Shown here one piece after another: positions 1 through 14,300 of a stretch of DNA of 64,000 nucleotides (positions within the stretch are counted from its first letter, which is position 1; each line of letters opens with the position of its first letter). The notes beneath the pieces are model-generated. The model saw only the letters and a program-made list of their open reading frames with translations. It searched no databases and was not told the origin of the DNA. The DNA is from Bispira polyomma. Taxonomy: Eukaryota. Both the position numbers and the translations under genes were made by a program. The stretch spans positions 5,766,001 to 5,830,000 of the forward strand of contig OZ287749.1 in assembly GCA_965649765.1 (NCBI GenBank). Direction: 5' to 3'.

Positions 1-1250
1 GTTTGGCCTACCTGTTTGACCTTGCACGAGGGATCCAAGGTCAAATCTGACCACAGCAAAAGATTTGCAGCCCATGATTTCCTATATATCCTTGGTTTGA
101 CATCCCAAACCCGTACGACCAATAAAGAGCTAGATATAGGAACTTTCAAGTTTGACCAAGACTGACCTTGAACGAGAGGCCCAAAGGTCAAATTGGACCA
201 CATCACAAGATTCCCAGGCCTTGATTTTGTACAGGTTAGTTTCACATTTGAAACCTGTCGGACCAATGATAAGCGAGATACAGGCACTTTTAAGTTTGAC
301 CATCCGCATTTGACCTTGAACGAGGGCTCAAGGTTAAATCGGACTACATCAAAAGATTCCCAGTCCATGATTTCCTATAGGTTGGTTTCACATCCAAAAC
401 CTGTTTGACCAAAAATAAGTGAGATATAGGCAGTTTTAGGTTTGGCCATCCCTGTTTGACCTTAAAGAAGAGGGCCAAGGTCGAATCTGAGCACATCAAA
501 AGATTCCCTGCTTATGATTTCCTATAGGTTGGTTTCAGATCCCCAACCTGTAGGACCAATATTAAGCAAGATATAGGCACTTTTATGTTTGGCCATCCTC
601 ATTTGACCTTGAACAAGGAGCTCAAGGTCAAATCGGAACACATAAAAAAAAGATTCCCAGCCCATGATTTCCTATAGGTTTGTTTCAGATCCCAAACCTG
701 TAGGACCAATATTAAGCGAGATATAGGCACTTTTAAGTTTGGCCATCCGCATTTGACCTTGATCAAAGGGCCCAAGGTCAAATCAGACCACAAGAAAAGA
801 TTTCCAGCCCATGATTTCCTATGGGTTTGTTTAAGATTCCAAACCTCTAGGACCAATATTAAGCGAGATATAGGCACTGGGGAAAGTGTGGCCAAAATCG
901 GTCACTTAGGGTACTTTAGCACTCTGTCGATGACCTTAAATGAGGAGATTCAATGTCAAATGTCTGCATGCTTATAAACGACATATATATCCATTAAACA
1001 TATCACCTGTAAAGAGATTCAACCTTCTACAGCTGAGAAACAGAAACAGTTAAAAGCCTGATTATTTTCAAAGAAACGCCCGTGGCGGCCATCTTGTTTG
1101 TCAAAATGAGGCCAAAATTATTCCCAGGCAAGGTTTTGTAATAAAGAACATTTCCTGTAAATTTCAGGAGCCTTGGTGTAAAAGTTTTCCCAGGAGAGTG
1201 GTAACGGTAAAATCTCTACATACTGATGTGGCGGAGGCGTACGAGAAAGA
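1..1250. mobile_element. Helitron/Helentron-like non-autonomous element with internal ~118-120 bp tandem array (1-880)
   Basis: About 7 diverged units, each with TTTGACCTTG-n-CAAGGTCAAA; followed by GGCGGCCATCTTG motif seen in such invertebrate elements. Family is inference. Confidence 0.6.
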
Positions 1251-2151
1251 GGTCAACATCAGAAGACAATTAAAACGAAAAACAAAAATTTTAGAATTAT
1301 CTAAAAACCCCAACTTCTGCCCATTAAGGGCACATAAAACTTGTGACCCTACATTGTTGATGATTAAATAAATTAAAGCACAGATATTATGTACAAGGAG
1401 TCACCTATTATTTCATTTTAAATAGAGTTCAAACTTATCTAAGTCTAACCTCAAGGGACAAGGGAAAACTACCTCTACTTAAGCGGGATTTCCACTTGAC
1501 AGACCTATTAACAGACCTTTGTTGGACTTAAGATTTCTCTCCATATAAAGTGCAGTGTCACAGAATTCGAACCCACAGTGTTGAGAGGCCAGTGACTGTG
1601 AAGCAGGTGCTTCTAATCACAACAAGCAAACACGGCCCACTGCCTTGCCTTTATGACACAATAAATACTTTTGAAAAAAAGAAAAAAGAAAATTCTCAAC
1701 AGAAAAGGCCGTGTGGGACTAAATATTGCTCTCCACATCAAAGGAAAATTGACTTAACAGAGTTCTACTAAACAGGGTGTCCACTATACATCCTCCAAAT
1801 GCCAATGAAGTATGAACTCCCAAAACTGATATCTGCACGATGTAATGTTCCCTTCTACAATGTACCCATATAAAATGCTTAGTCTAAACATTATAAAATC
1901 CACAAAGTCATTTTATATAATTTACCATTTGTTGTTTCTACCAACAGTAAGTGTATAATGTCTCATAGTGAGGCTCATGAATATAGATCTGGGTTTCAGG
2001 ATATAATAGTTGTATCTAAGGAAAGAAAAGACTCGAAGTTCTGTATGACAGGCAAGGTAGAACAAATAAAATAGTTTAGCCAGAAATGTGTGTTTGTTTA
2101 ATTAATAATAAATACAGACATAAAAGGCAAACATTATACACAAATACTTAC

Positions 2152-2343
2152 TGCCCTGTGAAGTAGCACTGACATTCTTGGCGTCACTGGCTCCGTTGAA
2201 GGCGATCATAGAAGCGTAATAGCTGGTGTTGTGTTGTAGACTTAAACCAGTAAAACAGTAACTGGCCTCTGTGTGGGGGAGTGAGATGTAAGGGTTGACA
2301 CCCTGGGTGTCAGGGGAGGTACCCACAGCAATCAGGTACTCAC
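2152..2343 (-). CDS. exon 46 (SEYLIAVGTSP...LQHNTSYYASMIAFNGA...QG); gene continues past window start
   Basis: ttttag / A|gtaagt; FN3-like; no stop. Confidence 0.88.
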
Positions 2344-5300
2344 CTAAAATAGAACAGTAAATCACACAGCAATAAGGTACTCGCCTAAAATGGAACAATA
2401 GATCACACAGTAATCAGGTACTCGCCTAAAATAGAACAAAAAATTGCGCAGCAATAAGGTACTCGCCTAAAATAGAACAAAAGATTGCGCAGCAATAAGG
2501 TACTTGCCTAAAATATAACAATAGATCACACAGCAGTAAGGTAATCGCCTAAAATGGAACAATAGATCACACAGCAATGAGGCACTCTCCTAAAATGGCA
2601 TAGAGTACATGACAATGGTTGTAAGATATGGATGACATTATGAATCATCAACAAGATGATAATAGACACTATACCTGTGCCAAATGTGAAAGCATGTCAG
2701 CATGTCTCTGAATAAGTTCTGAGATTAGGCTTTCAACACCACCATCAGAGCTGTTGCTGAGGCTCTTTCACTTATTCGTGTTATTTCTTTAGAATATAAT
2801 ATTTGTGATATCAAGGCATTATTTGTGATCTACAGAATTTATCACGATTGGTGGCATAGTAACACAGAGGCGAAGCCTGAGTGTTTGTACGCTTTCAAGA
2901 GTGATAAAATTCTGTATATCCCTTGGTTTGGAGAGGGTTATCACTATAATTTAAACAAAACCAATAAAAATAATTACTGAATTCTACCTATTTACTGCAA
3001 TATTACATTACTGTGAGAACTATTTTCATCTGGGCATGAGAACACTACGGAAAAAAATAGCAGTGTATATACTGAATTTTATCAAAATTTTTGACCAATC
3101 CGAATGAAATTTATATGAGAGTATGTGTTAAGAATGTACAGACCTAGGGCCGTATTCACTAAGATGGATCAAGCTGAGCGATCAGTTCAGGATCAAGATC
3201 AGCTCAAAAAAAGGCTCAGCTGATCTTTGGATCAAATCAGTATTCACAAAGAAAGGATCAGCTGAGCCAAAAGTTAGATAATTTTTAAACAACAAAAACA
3301 CAAGTTCAAGTTTTTATACATATTAAACAGCTGTTTTCATGTTTTATTATTTTCCATTTAGATTATATTTTTATGCATTAGGTTGATTATTGTAAGCAAA
3401 AGAACATTTTAAATATTTTGATTTTCATCCAAAAACTTGAGCTCCACCCACTTTTGATCCTTGGAAAAATACACAAAACATAGCCTCTTTTCACAACAAT
3501 TTAAACCAACATAAAACTGTAAATAGCTACTCTTAAGATAACATATGTGAAGTTAAAGAATCCGAAATAATTTGTCAAGGATTTATTTTATGAACACATT
3601 GTTAGTTTGTATATTACAAAGCTTCAAACTTTGATCCAAATCTTGATCCACCTTACTGGATGGATCAAAGTTGAGCCAAAAGATGAGCGAAAAATCAGCT
3701 CAACTTTTTAGTGAATACCAAATTTGATCTGATCCAAAAATTTGAGCTGATTTTTGGGTCAGCTAATTTTTGACTTAACTTAAGCTGATTTTTGGCTCAA
3801 CTTGAGCTGATTTTTTGTTGATCCCTTTTGTGAATACGGCCCCTGTATATTAGATAATGTCAAAAATAACAAGGACATACACATTACTAGAACCACCAGT
3901 GAAACTTACTGGTCAATAGAATTGAATAGTAACAGAGGAATTGTGATTATCAGAACGTCTCCAAAGACATGGTTTTGTTTGGACAAGTAAGGTGTACGGA
4001 CCCATGGGTGACCTACATAACGATATAGTGTTAGGTATATAGGAGTGTGATTGAAAGTCTGTTTAGCATTTAATAATATTAATTGGCAACGTAAACACAT
4101 ACACCAAAAAAACACAAAAACTAGAATAATTTAAAAAGAAGTATCCAATTAAGTGTTTCATATTCTTCATTTTATATACTAAGTCAACATCTTAAAAACA
4201 ATCACTAAAAGTAATACATGTATACAAGTTTTCCAGTAAGGTAGTCTACATAATGTCTTAATATCTGCTTGATCAAAACCCACATTATGTCACTACAGAA
4301 AGATATTTCTTTGAGATTTGCTTATAAATATGATGTACATATATTTAAAATTTGTGTGATGTCACAATGCAAGGATCATTATATGGGTCTTTTACGTCAT
4401 TTCATTACAAAATCTTACGGCATTCAATTGTGTAGACATATAAAAAGTGGTAATAAAAACATACTGAAGGAACATCAATAGTGGTTACGTAGGCTCAAAT
4501 GAAGTATCTCAAATGCACCATAAATGGTGTATGAAACCATGCGTTGTTGAAACAACCACCCAACCACCCATCTACAGCAAGCAACTACCAAACTTTCTGC
4601 AGATTCGGAGGAACGGCAGGTCAGACAATCAGACCTTTTTTTGCTATTAATATAATACAAAAGAGGAACAGTAGACCAAGGGCCGAATTCACAAACGGTC
4701 TTTGTCCTAACTTCGTCTTAAGCTTAAGAGTTATGAAAAAATATTTAAGACTGACTGCTGCTGTTGGTCTTAGTGTTCAGTGCCAAAGTAACCCTGAACC
4801 AAAAAAAAACTTTCTTTCTGTCACTGGGACTGACCCCAAAATCTTAACCTTTTTGGAGAAAATCAAAGACCAAAACTTTTTGGTCCAAAATCTTAAAAAA
4901 AGACCTTTTGTGAATACGGCCCTTGGTTGATTTTTATTTAGCATGTATGTCATAAAGATTAAAAAGGGGCAAAACTTACTAATTCCACTGTCTGGATCAT
5001 GAAATCCTTCCCAGACCAGACACAAGGAGTCACTCTCCCACTGGGACAGTCGGTGGTAACCAATGTAATTACCCCAGAAAATCTCCCCAGATAGGGGTGG
5101 ACTCAAGTCAACAAACAGGGCTCTTGGTGCGTGGCCAATGGTCTTCAGGTCAACTAGAGACACAAAAATCAGAAATTGTTATCAATTTGTATTTAATGTA
5201 AAACAGATAATCTTCAGATATATTAACCTCCATGCCACCGATGGAAAGTAATTCACCTATACCGAGGGAAGATACTTTGATAACGTCACAAATGACATTT

Positions 5301-8300
5301 TTACAACAACTGATTACATCACAAATGAAAATGATATGTTTCTTTACGTTAAATGCAGCATACCAAATAGATTCCATTCCTGTGTGATGAGGGGGCTATT
5401 CAATAATATTTTAAACAGACGACTGCTTGCCAATGGGTAAGGTCATAAAGAGGTTAAGCTAAATGGTCAATATGAATCACTACATATATTAATCCTGTCA
5501 GCCAAGAAATTTTTACTTTCTATGCAATCAATTAAGAAAAACTTAATTTTTATTTATAGAATTTATTTGACCATTAAAGTACTTCAATTTGCAATCGAGG
5601 ACCAGTTCAGCTCTTGTTGCCAATTAGTACTTGGTTACTTGTGTTAGCCCTAATAGTAGCTTCTATTTTCAACTTTGGCTACTGTTCCACATCACAGCAA
5701 TATTATAATTACATACGAATGACCGGCTGCTTGGGTACATCAATGTCATAACATAATATTTTCTGAAATCACAGCGAATGTTCTTCTCTGCACAGGCAGA
5801 GTTAACAAGTGCCTAATATATATTACTCAATATTCAGAATTTTGACTAATTCAAAAGTATACAGTTATCCAAATGAAGTAGTATTTCACACGATTCGAAT
5901 TCAGATTTTTTATACTCTGTGCAGATATCTAACTTCATTTTGTATTCAGAGCGCCAAGTAACCCTTTCCTGACTGTAACAACAGTCAACTGTCTCAGTTA
6001 CTCTCATTCTCCCTAACTAAAGAGAGAGACTTGAGGATGACACCTTTAATCAACATCCTCAAGGATCTTTAGCCTGCCACTGGAGATAGGAGACCAAGTG
6101 ACAGAGGACTGCTATATTAAGTGGTCATTGAAGCAACAAATGTGTGTACACATCTTGCTCATGGATGTTATTGTACCAATGAACCTGGCAGTCTGTACCA
6201 GGAGTAGAACTCGGAACCTTCTGATCACCAGACCAGCTACTAAACCACTAAGCCACACGGGACCAGACAGGTATCCCAACAGGCACTCTGCACATGTAGA
6301 TATCTTACCATTATTAGTGACCCTGACCTTGACCCACACAGGTATCCCACCAGGCACTCTGTACACGTAGATATCTTACCATTATTAGTGACCCTGACCT
6401 TAAGCCAGACAGATATCCCACCAGGCACTCTGTACACGTAGATATCTTTCTGTTATTAGTGACCCTGACCTTGGGCCACACAGGTATCCCACCAGGCACT
6501 CTGTACACATAGATATCTTACCGTTATTAGTGACCCTGACTTTGACCCAGACAGGTATCCCAACAGGCACTCTCTACACATTAGATATCTTACCATTATT
6601 AGTGACCCTGACCTTGGCCCACACAGGTATCCCACCAGGCACTCTGTACACGTAGATATCTGACCGTTATTAGTGACCCTAACTTTGGCCCACACAGGTA
6701 TTAAATCAGGCACTCTGTACACATACATATCTTACCATTATTAGTGACCCTGACTTTGACCCACACAGGTATCCCATCAGGAACTCTGTACACATAGGAG
6801 ATGTTCTCATAGTCCTCAATATCCTGCCACGCCAGGATGTATGTGTCCCTTGGAGACCGGCCAAGTCCAAACTCTCCATATTTGATCAGTGACAGATCAT
6901 CACTATACACATGGCGAAAATACAAAGAAATACCACATGTACACAATAGATATTCAGCTTGTTACTGTTGTCAAATTATACATGGGGAATAGAAAGGTTG
7001 TAACCAATCAAAAGAAGTTCCCTTAAACCAAACTCTCCAGACTTGATCAGTGACAGATCATCACTGTACACATGGGACATAGAAACAAATATCAAATGTA
7101 CAGAGCTTGGGTGGTCTTCACAAAAGGGCTAAGCCGAGATTTTGTCTTAGATCTAGTATATTTTTGTGCTAGATTTAGGACATTGTCTAGACTTAGCCCT
7201 TTCTGAATACCGGCCAGATCGTCACTGTGGTTAAATAGGGGAACAGAATTATGATTATGGGATTTTTACATTGATTTTTCAACAGCTTAAGTCAGATCGT
7301 ATCATAATGGCCATAATCAATTTTGGAAAAACCAGTGCGGCAGCAAGGCAAACCTCTGACCTATGGCAAGTACCTGACAGACTTTCCATATGGAAGGAAA
7401 GAAGAAAATTCACAATAGTGAGAGGCCAGTGATTGTGAAGCAGGCACTTGTAACCACTAGACCACCGCAGTGATAAATTAAAAGGGTGAGCTACCTCATT
7501 ATAGAACATTTACATCACTATAATACAAGACATTAAATATATAACATATGTACAAAGTATATCTTCAGATCGTCACTGTTGTTAAATGGGGAATAGAAAG
7601 GTGTATATAATATATGTACACATATACTGAAGAAGTTTCATTAGCCGAAACCTTAGAGACAATTTATCACTGTAAGACGGGAATATGAAGAGAGATACAG
7701 CCAGCAGAACTTCCATGATCTAAACTCCCCAAAACTCTGATCCAAATTTAAATGTTGTAACTACTAGGCGACAGGAAGCACAAACTTACCATGTAAGGAA
7801 AAAAAGATGACAAAACATACTAACGTTGCATTCACTCTGATTACTATTTCTTCAGTGTCCACATCATAACTCGCATCACTGACTTCGTAGATAACAGGTG
7901 GGGTGTTATCTACGATGAATGGCCGATAATGGCACACAGTCAGTGCTAACGGACCTCCATATTCCACTGTGTTCAGTGCTCGTACTGTGATGAAGTGAGG
8001 ACCATCTGTGAAGTAAATGTAAATGTGTAGGTTTATAGTCTGATACCACCCCTAATGAGGTGTCATCTGCCTCCATATTTTAGGTGGATAGTTTCTACTT
8101 TACCAGTAGCAATTTCGTTTACACAAGATATTGTTGTTGCAAACGACAACATAATTTTCAAAGCAGTTACACCTATACTAAAATAAAATGTTGAGGATTC
8201 GTCCCAAACTTAATTTCAACCAATGAAGAGGTTAGAGATATTCCCCCAAACTACAGTAAATTTGCCTTATTCATTCACTGAAAAAAATCAGAAGCTGTAT

Positions 8301-11300
8301 ATAATCTTTTCTTCTTTATCGTAACAAGAAAGGTACACGATTTCCAGTCTATGACCTACTTTTTGATGTACAATTTGATGGTAACATTATTTTTTTGTAA
8401 AATTTTACAGTTTTCAATTGAACTATTTCACCCTATTAGAAACCTTGTATTGATATCTGTTGTAAGTGAAATCTCATTAAAATCATTTACTAGTAAAATA
8501 GAACTTCTCACCAGCTACTACCCTCCTACCATATTTATCATCAAGTTGACTAGCTCTGTATCAATATCCAGACCTGCAGCAAGGATAGAACCTGGGACCC
8601 TGGGATCCAAAGTCGAATGTTCTTACCACTTAAGGCCACAGAGACCATAAAGTTGACCTGAGGACGTTGTCCCACCAAATGAAACTAGTGGTCGGTACAG
8701 GGAATAACCTGATACCTTCTGATCATCAGACCCAACAACCTAACTACTATATGTAATAAATATCTGCAGCACTTGTCTTTTAAATGGACAGAAAGCAAAC
8801 TCAGATTGCGGCAGGTGAAGCACAAAAACAGGGTGAACATAACACATTAGTGTCCATTCTAGAAATTTTGAAATGTGGGGGCACTTCCCCACTGTCACTG
8901 AAAAAGGGAGGCAATGAAATTTTAAATGGGGGATAGCAATTTAGCCAACATTTAGCCATCAAATTAAAATGGCTTATATTCTTGAAAAAGTATAGTGAAA
9001 GCAGACCACAGGTACATGCTGTGTGATATATGCATCTGATGTGCAAAAAATGAAAACTTTTATGGTTGCTAGGGTTTGAATAATTACACACTGTATTATT
9101 ATTCCATGCTGGTTTAATGTGGTACCAAATCCACTCGCTAGCTGGTGCTTGGAATTTGCTAGAAGAAAGCTAGCTGTTGATTGGTTGTCACAGCTACTCC
9201 TCGATTTTGAATCAATGAAACTGTAGCAGACAAACAGCGACTGTAGTTTAATATTTCAGAAGCTGCGCAGAGTAAGATATTTGGTTGTTCTGTTTTCAAA
9301 ATAACAGAATCCGCGATTGAAGGAAATGTTATAAAATAAATCAGATACAAGGTATTTTACTGCTTTAAAACATTGCAGGATGCATGGACTTCAAACCCTG
9401 TATATCGCTCATGCATTGAAACAATAAAAATATGTTTTACCATTTCTTATTTGGGTAGTGGTAGCTGCATACCATAACTCATCTTGGGTTTTGCAATTAA
9501 AATTTGGGCGATCTCGCACAATACGTACCCTAGAATGAACACTGCACATGATTGCTGTAATCGACTGCACTTTAGTCCCCTAAAAGTTTACCACATTAAT
9601 GTATGAGCTAAAAGGCCAGGGCCTCATAGCCCAGATAAATACAGCGACAAGATGCCGTATTGAAGACGTATTGATTTTTCTTACTGATCTTGTAACAGAA
9701 CACTTTTAGAGTATTCTATCTACATCCACAGTGTCCATCTATTTACTGCACGGTACATTGGTTATAGTGTTATTGAACTGTCCATATTTTAACACATTTT
9801 ACGTACCTTCCAATTCGAGTGGAAAAACGATTCCTACATGTGTCCACTCCGACTTGTGAGGCAAGTGTTTGTGTGGGTCATTGTGGGGGTGGATGTCGAA
9901 CCCACAGTGTTCTGTACCCACAGACCACGTGTACAGAAGGATACCAGTCTCATAGTCATAGATACCATCCCAGTTACCTGTAAATACATGTATATATCAA
10001 CACAATATCAAAAACCCTCAGGGTTCCGTACCCACAGACCATGTGTACAGAAGGATACCAGTCTCATTGTCATGGATACCATCCCAGTTAGCTGTAAATA
10101 CATGTATATGTACACATGATATCACACCCGCAGGGTTATGTACCCACAGACCAGGGCCCATATTCACGAAGGGACTTAGCCAAGTCTTAGGCTTAAATCT
10201 AGCACAAAAGTACAGAGAGTTAAGCCTAAAACTTGGCTAAGTCCCTTTGTGAATACCACCCCAGGTGTACAGAAGGATATCAGGCTTGTTGTCATGGATA
10301 CCATCCCAGTAAGTTGTAAATACAAGTATATAAATATGTAGACAAACATGATATCAAGCTCCACAGGGTTCACAATACGTGTAAAATATATATGGTAAAA
10401 CCATTTTTATATAGTACATGTTTTACTTAAAATCAGATTCTTTTTTCGTCTTCTCAGTATACACAGAGCAGATGTACAGCAGAATACCAATCTTATAGAG
10501 CCTCTACTCTACTTTAAAAAGCACACGACAAACTATTTAAAAAGGTTCGAAAGTAGTTGTTTGAATAAATAGAATGCTTAAAGATTTAAGAATAAATTAA
10601 GACTAAATGCATGAACAAGTTTTGAGGGAATATATATGAATATAGTTTTGTAGATTTTTCTATGATAATACTTACTATTACTAATTACCCACCTGAGGCC
10701 ATTCTTCTGGCCCGTGTGTACAATAAGTCCACCATGGGTTCCAGTCCATTAAATAGACACAGAGACCCCTCTCCATCAGTGATATATCTGGTGAAAACAA
10801 GATGTAGCCTTTTTAGAGACAAGCAGCGTTACACATATGTAATCAAACCGGACATTTTAAAAGTGATGACCAGCCTGTAAAGAAATATTTCACAAATGTG
10901 GACATAAAGGACTTTTTGAGGGGTTTGTTGTCGAACACAAAAACTCTCCTCGAAGTTAGAAGTTAGTGCTCGAAGTTTGAAGGTGGTTAAAGTAGCCATT
11001 TTGAAGACTACAACTACTGAGCAAAATATTGAAGCTATCGTGCTGTAGTTTACTTGCAAGATTCGGCTAGCATTTTATATCGAGACAGTAAATGCACCAC
11101 AATTTGTGTCACAATTGTTTAATGATTTATTGTGTAATATACACAGAAGATATTGTACACTGTGATGTGTGCTTTATAAGATCAGCGAGAAAAATCAATG
11201 CCTCTAGCATATAACAATCACTGTGTTTGTCTAGCAAATGAGGCCTTGGCCTTTTAAGTCATACAGTCATGTGGTGGACTGTAATGGGACTAAAGTGCAT

Positions 11301-14300
11301 TTGATTACACTTGGATAGCCACAGTGTTCAACAAATGACTAGTCCGCCGCCTTGAGCACAAGTAAATGGAGAGGAGGAAAGACAAAACCGTACATTGCTT
11401 CGGAGTATAAGTACAGAAAAATACACTGGGAAAGATCAGATGAGAACTATACTTGTTTAGGTAATAGGTTATATTATTCAATGAGGAATGTGTTTGTATT
11501 TGTGTCTCATATTTCTAGTTAATAAATTTTTGAGGTTTGGTGAATTTTGATTCGTGTGGTCTTTATCGTAAGTTACAAACCATTTATTATAATAAATGCA
11601 CTTGCTCTTTTATTCTAAGAAAATGTATCGCATAAACATGTGTGAACCTTGCAAAAATGAAGTTTAAATTAATTTAAACCTGTTAAATTTAGTAAAAACG
11701 GGTACCCGGTCGTCAAATATTAAACCGGGTGCTGTTCCCTATTTTGTTTACCCAGGTAACGTGTCTCGATCCAACAGGAAGTGGATTCTAGGAAATATAG
11801 GAATGTTGTGAAGCCTCTAGTATACAATACAAACCTGTAATTTGGTATAGGTGTCTGTATACTACATCTCTGGTGTAAATAGTCTGGTGTAAATGCCGTA
11901 CATGGCTCTACTGAGGTCTTATCTAAACTGGCATTTTGTATGTAGCCTGGGAAAGGTGTAGTCAGGTCTACTAGTACACCCTCTGAGGACAGGATGCTGG
12001 TGTAACCTGGAATATGAATATACATAGAATTACACATAGGAGACTCGATGTGAATATTATTCTATGAATAATAGACATAACTCAGAAGAGTACATACTTC
12101 CTCCAAGGTGCCACAGTGCCCCAAAAAATATAAAATAAAAATTCCTGGGTCTGCCCTTCAACAAAGATCGCTCCCAAATTTTGTGGTTTCTTTCTTGGCC
12201 TATTTCTAACCTCTCCACAAAATATCAAGGGCCTCGGTGATCCAGTGGTTAGACACTCGCCTCCCACCTCTAAGGTCCTGGGTTCGAATCTCGGCCCAGG
12301 CCTTAAGTGGGAAAGTTGGCAGTTACTTGCTGATGGGTGATGGTTAACAGTGCAGAATCTTGACCAACTAGTAGGTGATATGATCCATACAATGTTTTGA
12401 AAGGGACGTTTAACCATTGAGTCATCTGGTTAAGTCGGCCAACAGATGTGGTAATTGATTATAATTTATGTTTGTATCTAGAAATTCTGTATAACTCATG
12501 CCTTATGTTAAGGTGACCTTAACTCTTTAGCCTGTAAGTATATATACTTACCCTCTGGTGTTGTCAATATAAATTTAGTATTACAATAAACAAAAGATGT
12601 ATTCTTGCAACAATGAGTTCTGCTTTACAAAGGTCACACAAAGGTCACAAACCAGGAGTACAGTAGAACCTCTATTATCCCAATATATTTGTTCAATACA
12701 ATATGTTGCAACACAAAATTGGAAAAGCGATATGTATTGGATACACCATTTTTACATGAATATATGGTTCACGTCTTGGTATTCTAGACATAAAGGTAAG
12801 AACATACAAGATATTTGTCAGCAACAGGGTCAGAAATAAAGCAACGCATGCAGTCTACACAGAATCAATTAAATATTGCTAAAAATAATTATTACAGTTT
12901 CTTCCAAGAAACCACTGATGTTTACTGTGCAAGTTTTTTGTGCATGGGCAGAAACTCACTGACAGTTGAGTTTAAAGCTTACTTTACTTTTCACAATAGT
13001 ATTCTGATCAAATATATGGCAATACATATTGTGAATATGACTGGAATATCTCACGATTTAACAATACAATTTTCAAGCACAGTACACCCCTTCTTACTAC
13101 ATACCCAATTTATTTCTCACGTAGACATTGAAGAACAACAGTTTGTCATGTTGAATGTCAAGATCTTTAAAATCAAACTCGGCCACTTTACCAATCCCTC
13201 GTCTTTCATAGTAGTAGTATTGACTACTCTGTAAATACAATAATTAAATGTAGTCAAAGTAAGTTGTGTACTTTTGTCATTTTCTGTTTTGTAGTGAATT
13301 AAATTATTTGCTATTGAAGCTCACTTTAAAATGCAAGCAAGAGGTAAACTTAATGAATTAATGCATTAACGAAATGTGAATGAATGAACTGGTTATCTTA
13401 GTACAGTAAGAACCAGATGTGACCATATGTCAATAAAATCTTGCACTAACTATTATGTTACATGAAATCTCGGATACATTTGACTGGACAAAGATTTTGT
13501 AATACCTGTCCTGTTTACTATTTCTGTTCTGTAAAAATCAATAACAACAAAATTTATGCTAGTGTATAAAAGCCATCATCATTGAATTAAACCTTTCACC
13601 ACAAGAGAAAACTATCACTGTCATGGAACTGAAGAAGAAGTTTTGGGTTAAAGGGGACAGATAGCTCACTAAAAAACACACCACAGACTACTTCTAGTGT
13701 GCGATAATGGCTTTATGTATTTTTTTTAACAAAGGAGTCTGATGTAATAAAATTTCCTATTGCGAGGAACTGAAGGAAAATGAAATGAATTTAGGGTCTC
13801 AACTGCTTGCCGACACACATAGGTTCTAGGAGTAAGAAATAATGCTGGCTAACCTCAGAGTAAACGGACGTTTATAATACCGGTCGGGTCACAATACTGT
13901 TCGACGCACATTTCAATGCTTAAAGCATCTTTAGGAAATAAAATATCGACCATAAGAGAAAACTATCACTGTCATGGAACTGAAGAAAATTATTTTGGTA
14001 AAAGGTTACAGATAGATCACTAAAACACACACCACAGACTACTTCTAGTTTGAGATAATGGCTTTATTACACAAAGGAGACTGCTGTTCTAACAATTTCC
14101 TATTGCGAGGAACTAAAGGAAAATAGTACACGGGCGGTCATAATACTGGTCAGGTCACAATACCATTCAAAGCACATTACAATGCTTAAAAGGTAGATTT
14201 TTAAAAGATAAAATAAGTATTCTGTACTTGAATTCATAAGGATAAAGTAGTATTTGTTCTTAATATTAATTTCTGTCGTTAAAGTCTTTAAAAATGCAAC

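Noticed and set aside
193-977. Short ORFs at window start
   Set aside because: They lie in the ~119-bp satellite array; no splice-compatible coding signal.
6240-6728. Several YRVPGGIP ORFs as separate exons or genes
   Set aside because: They are 71-bp array copies of exon 44; spacers are too short to be introns.
12229-12300. tRNA gene (also at 20083 and 50414)
   Set aside because: A/B boxes present but no clean cloverleaf, and they continue into shared SINE bodies.
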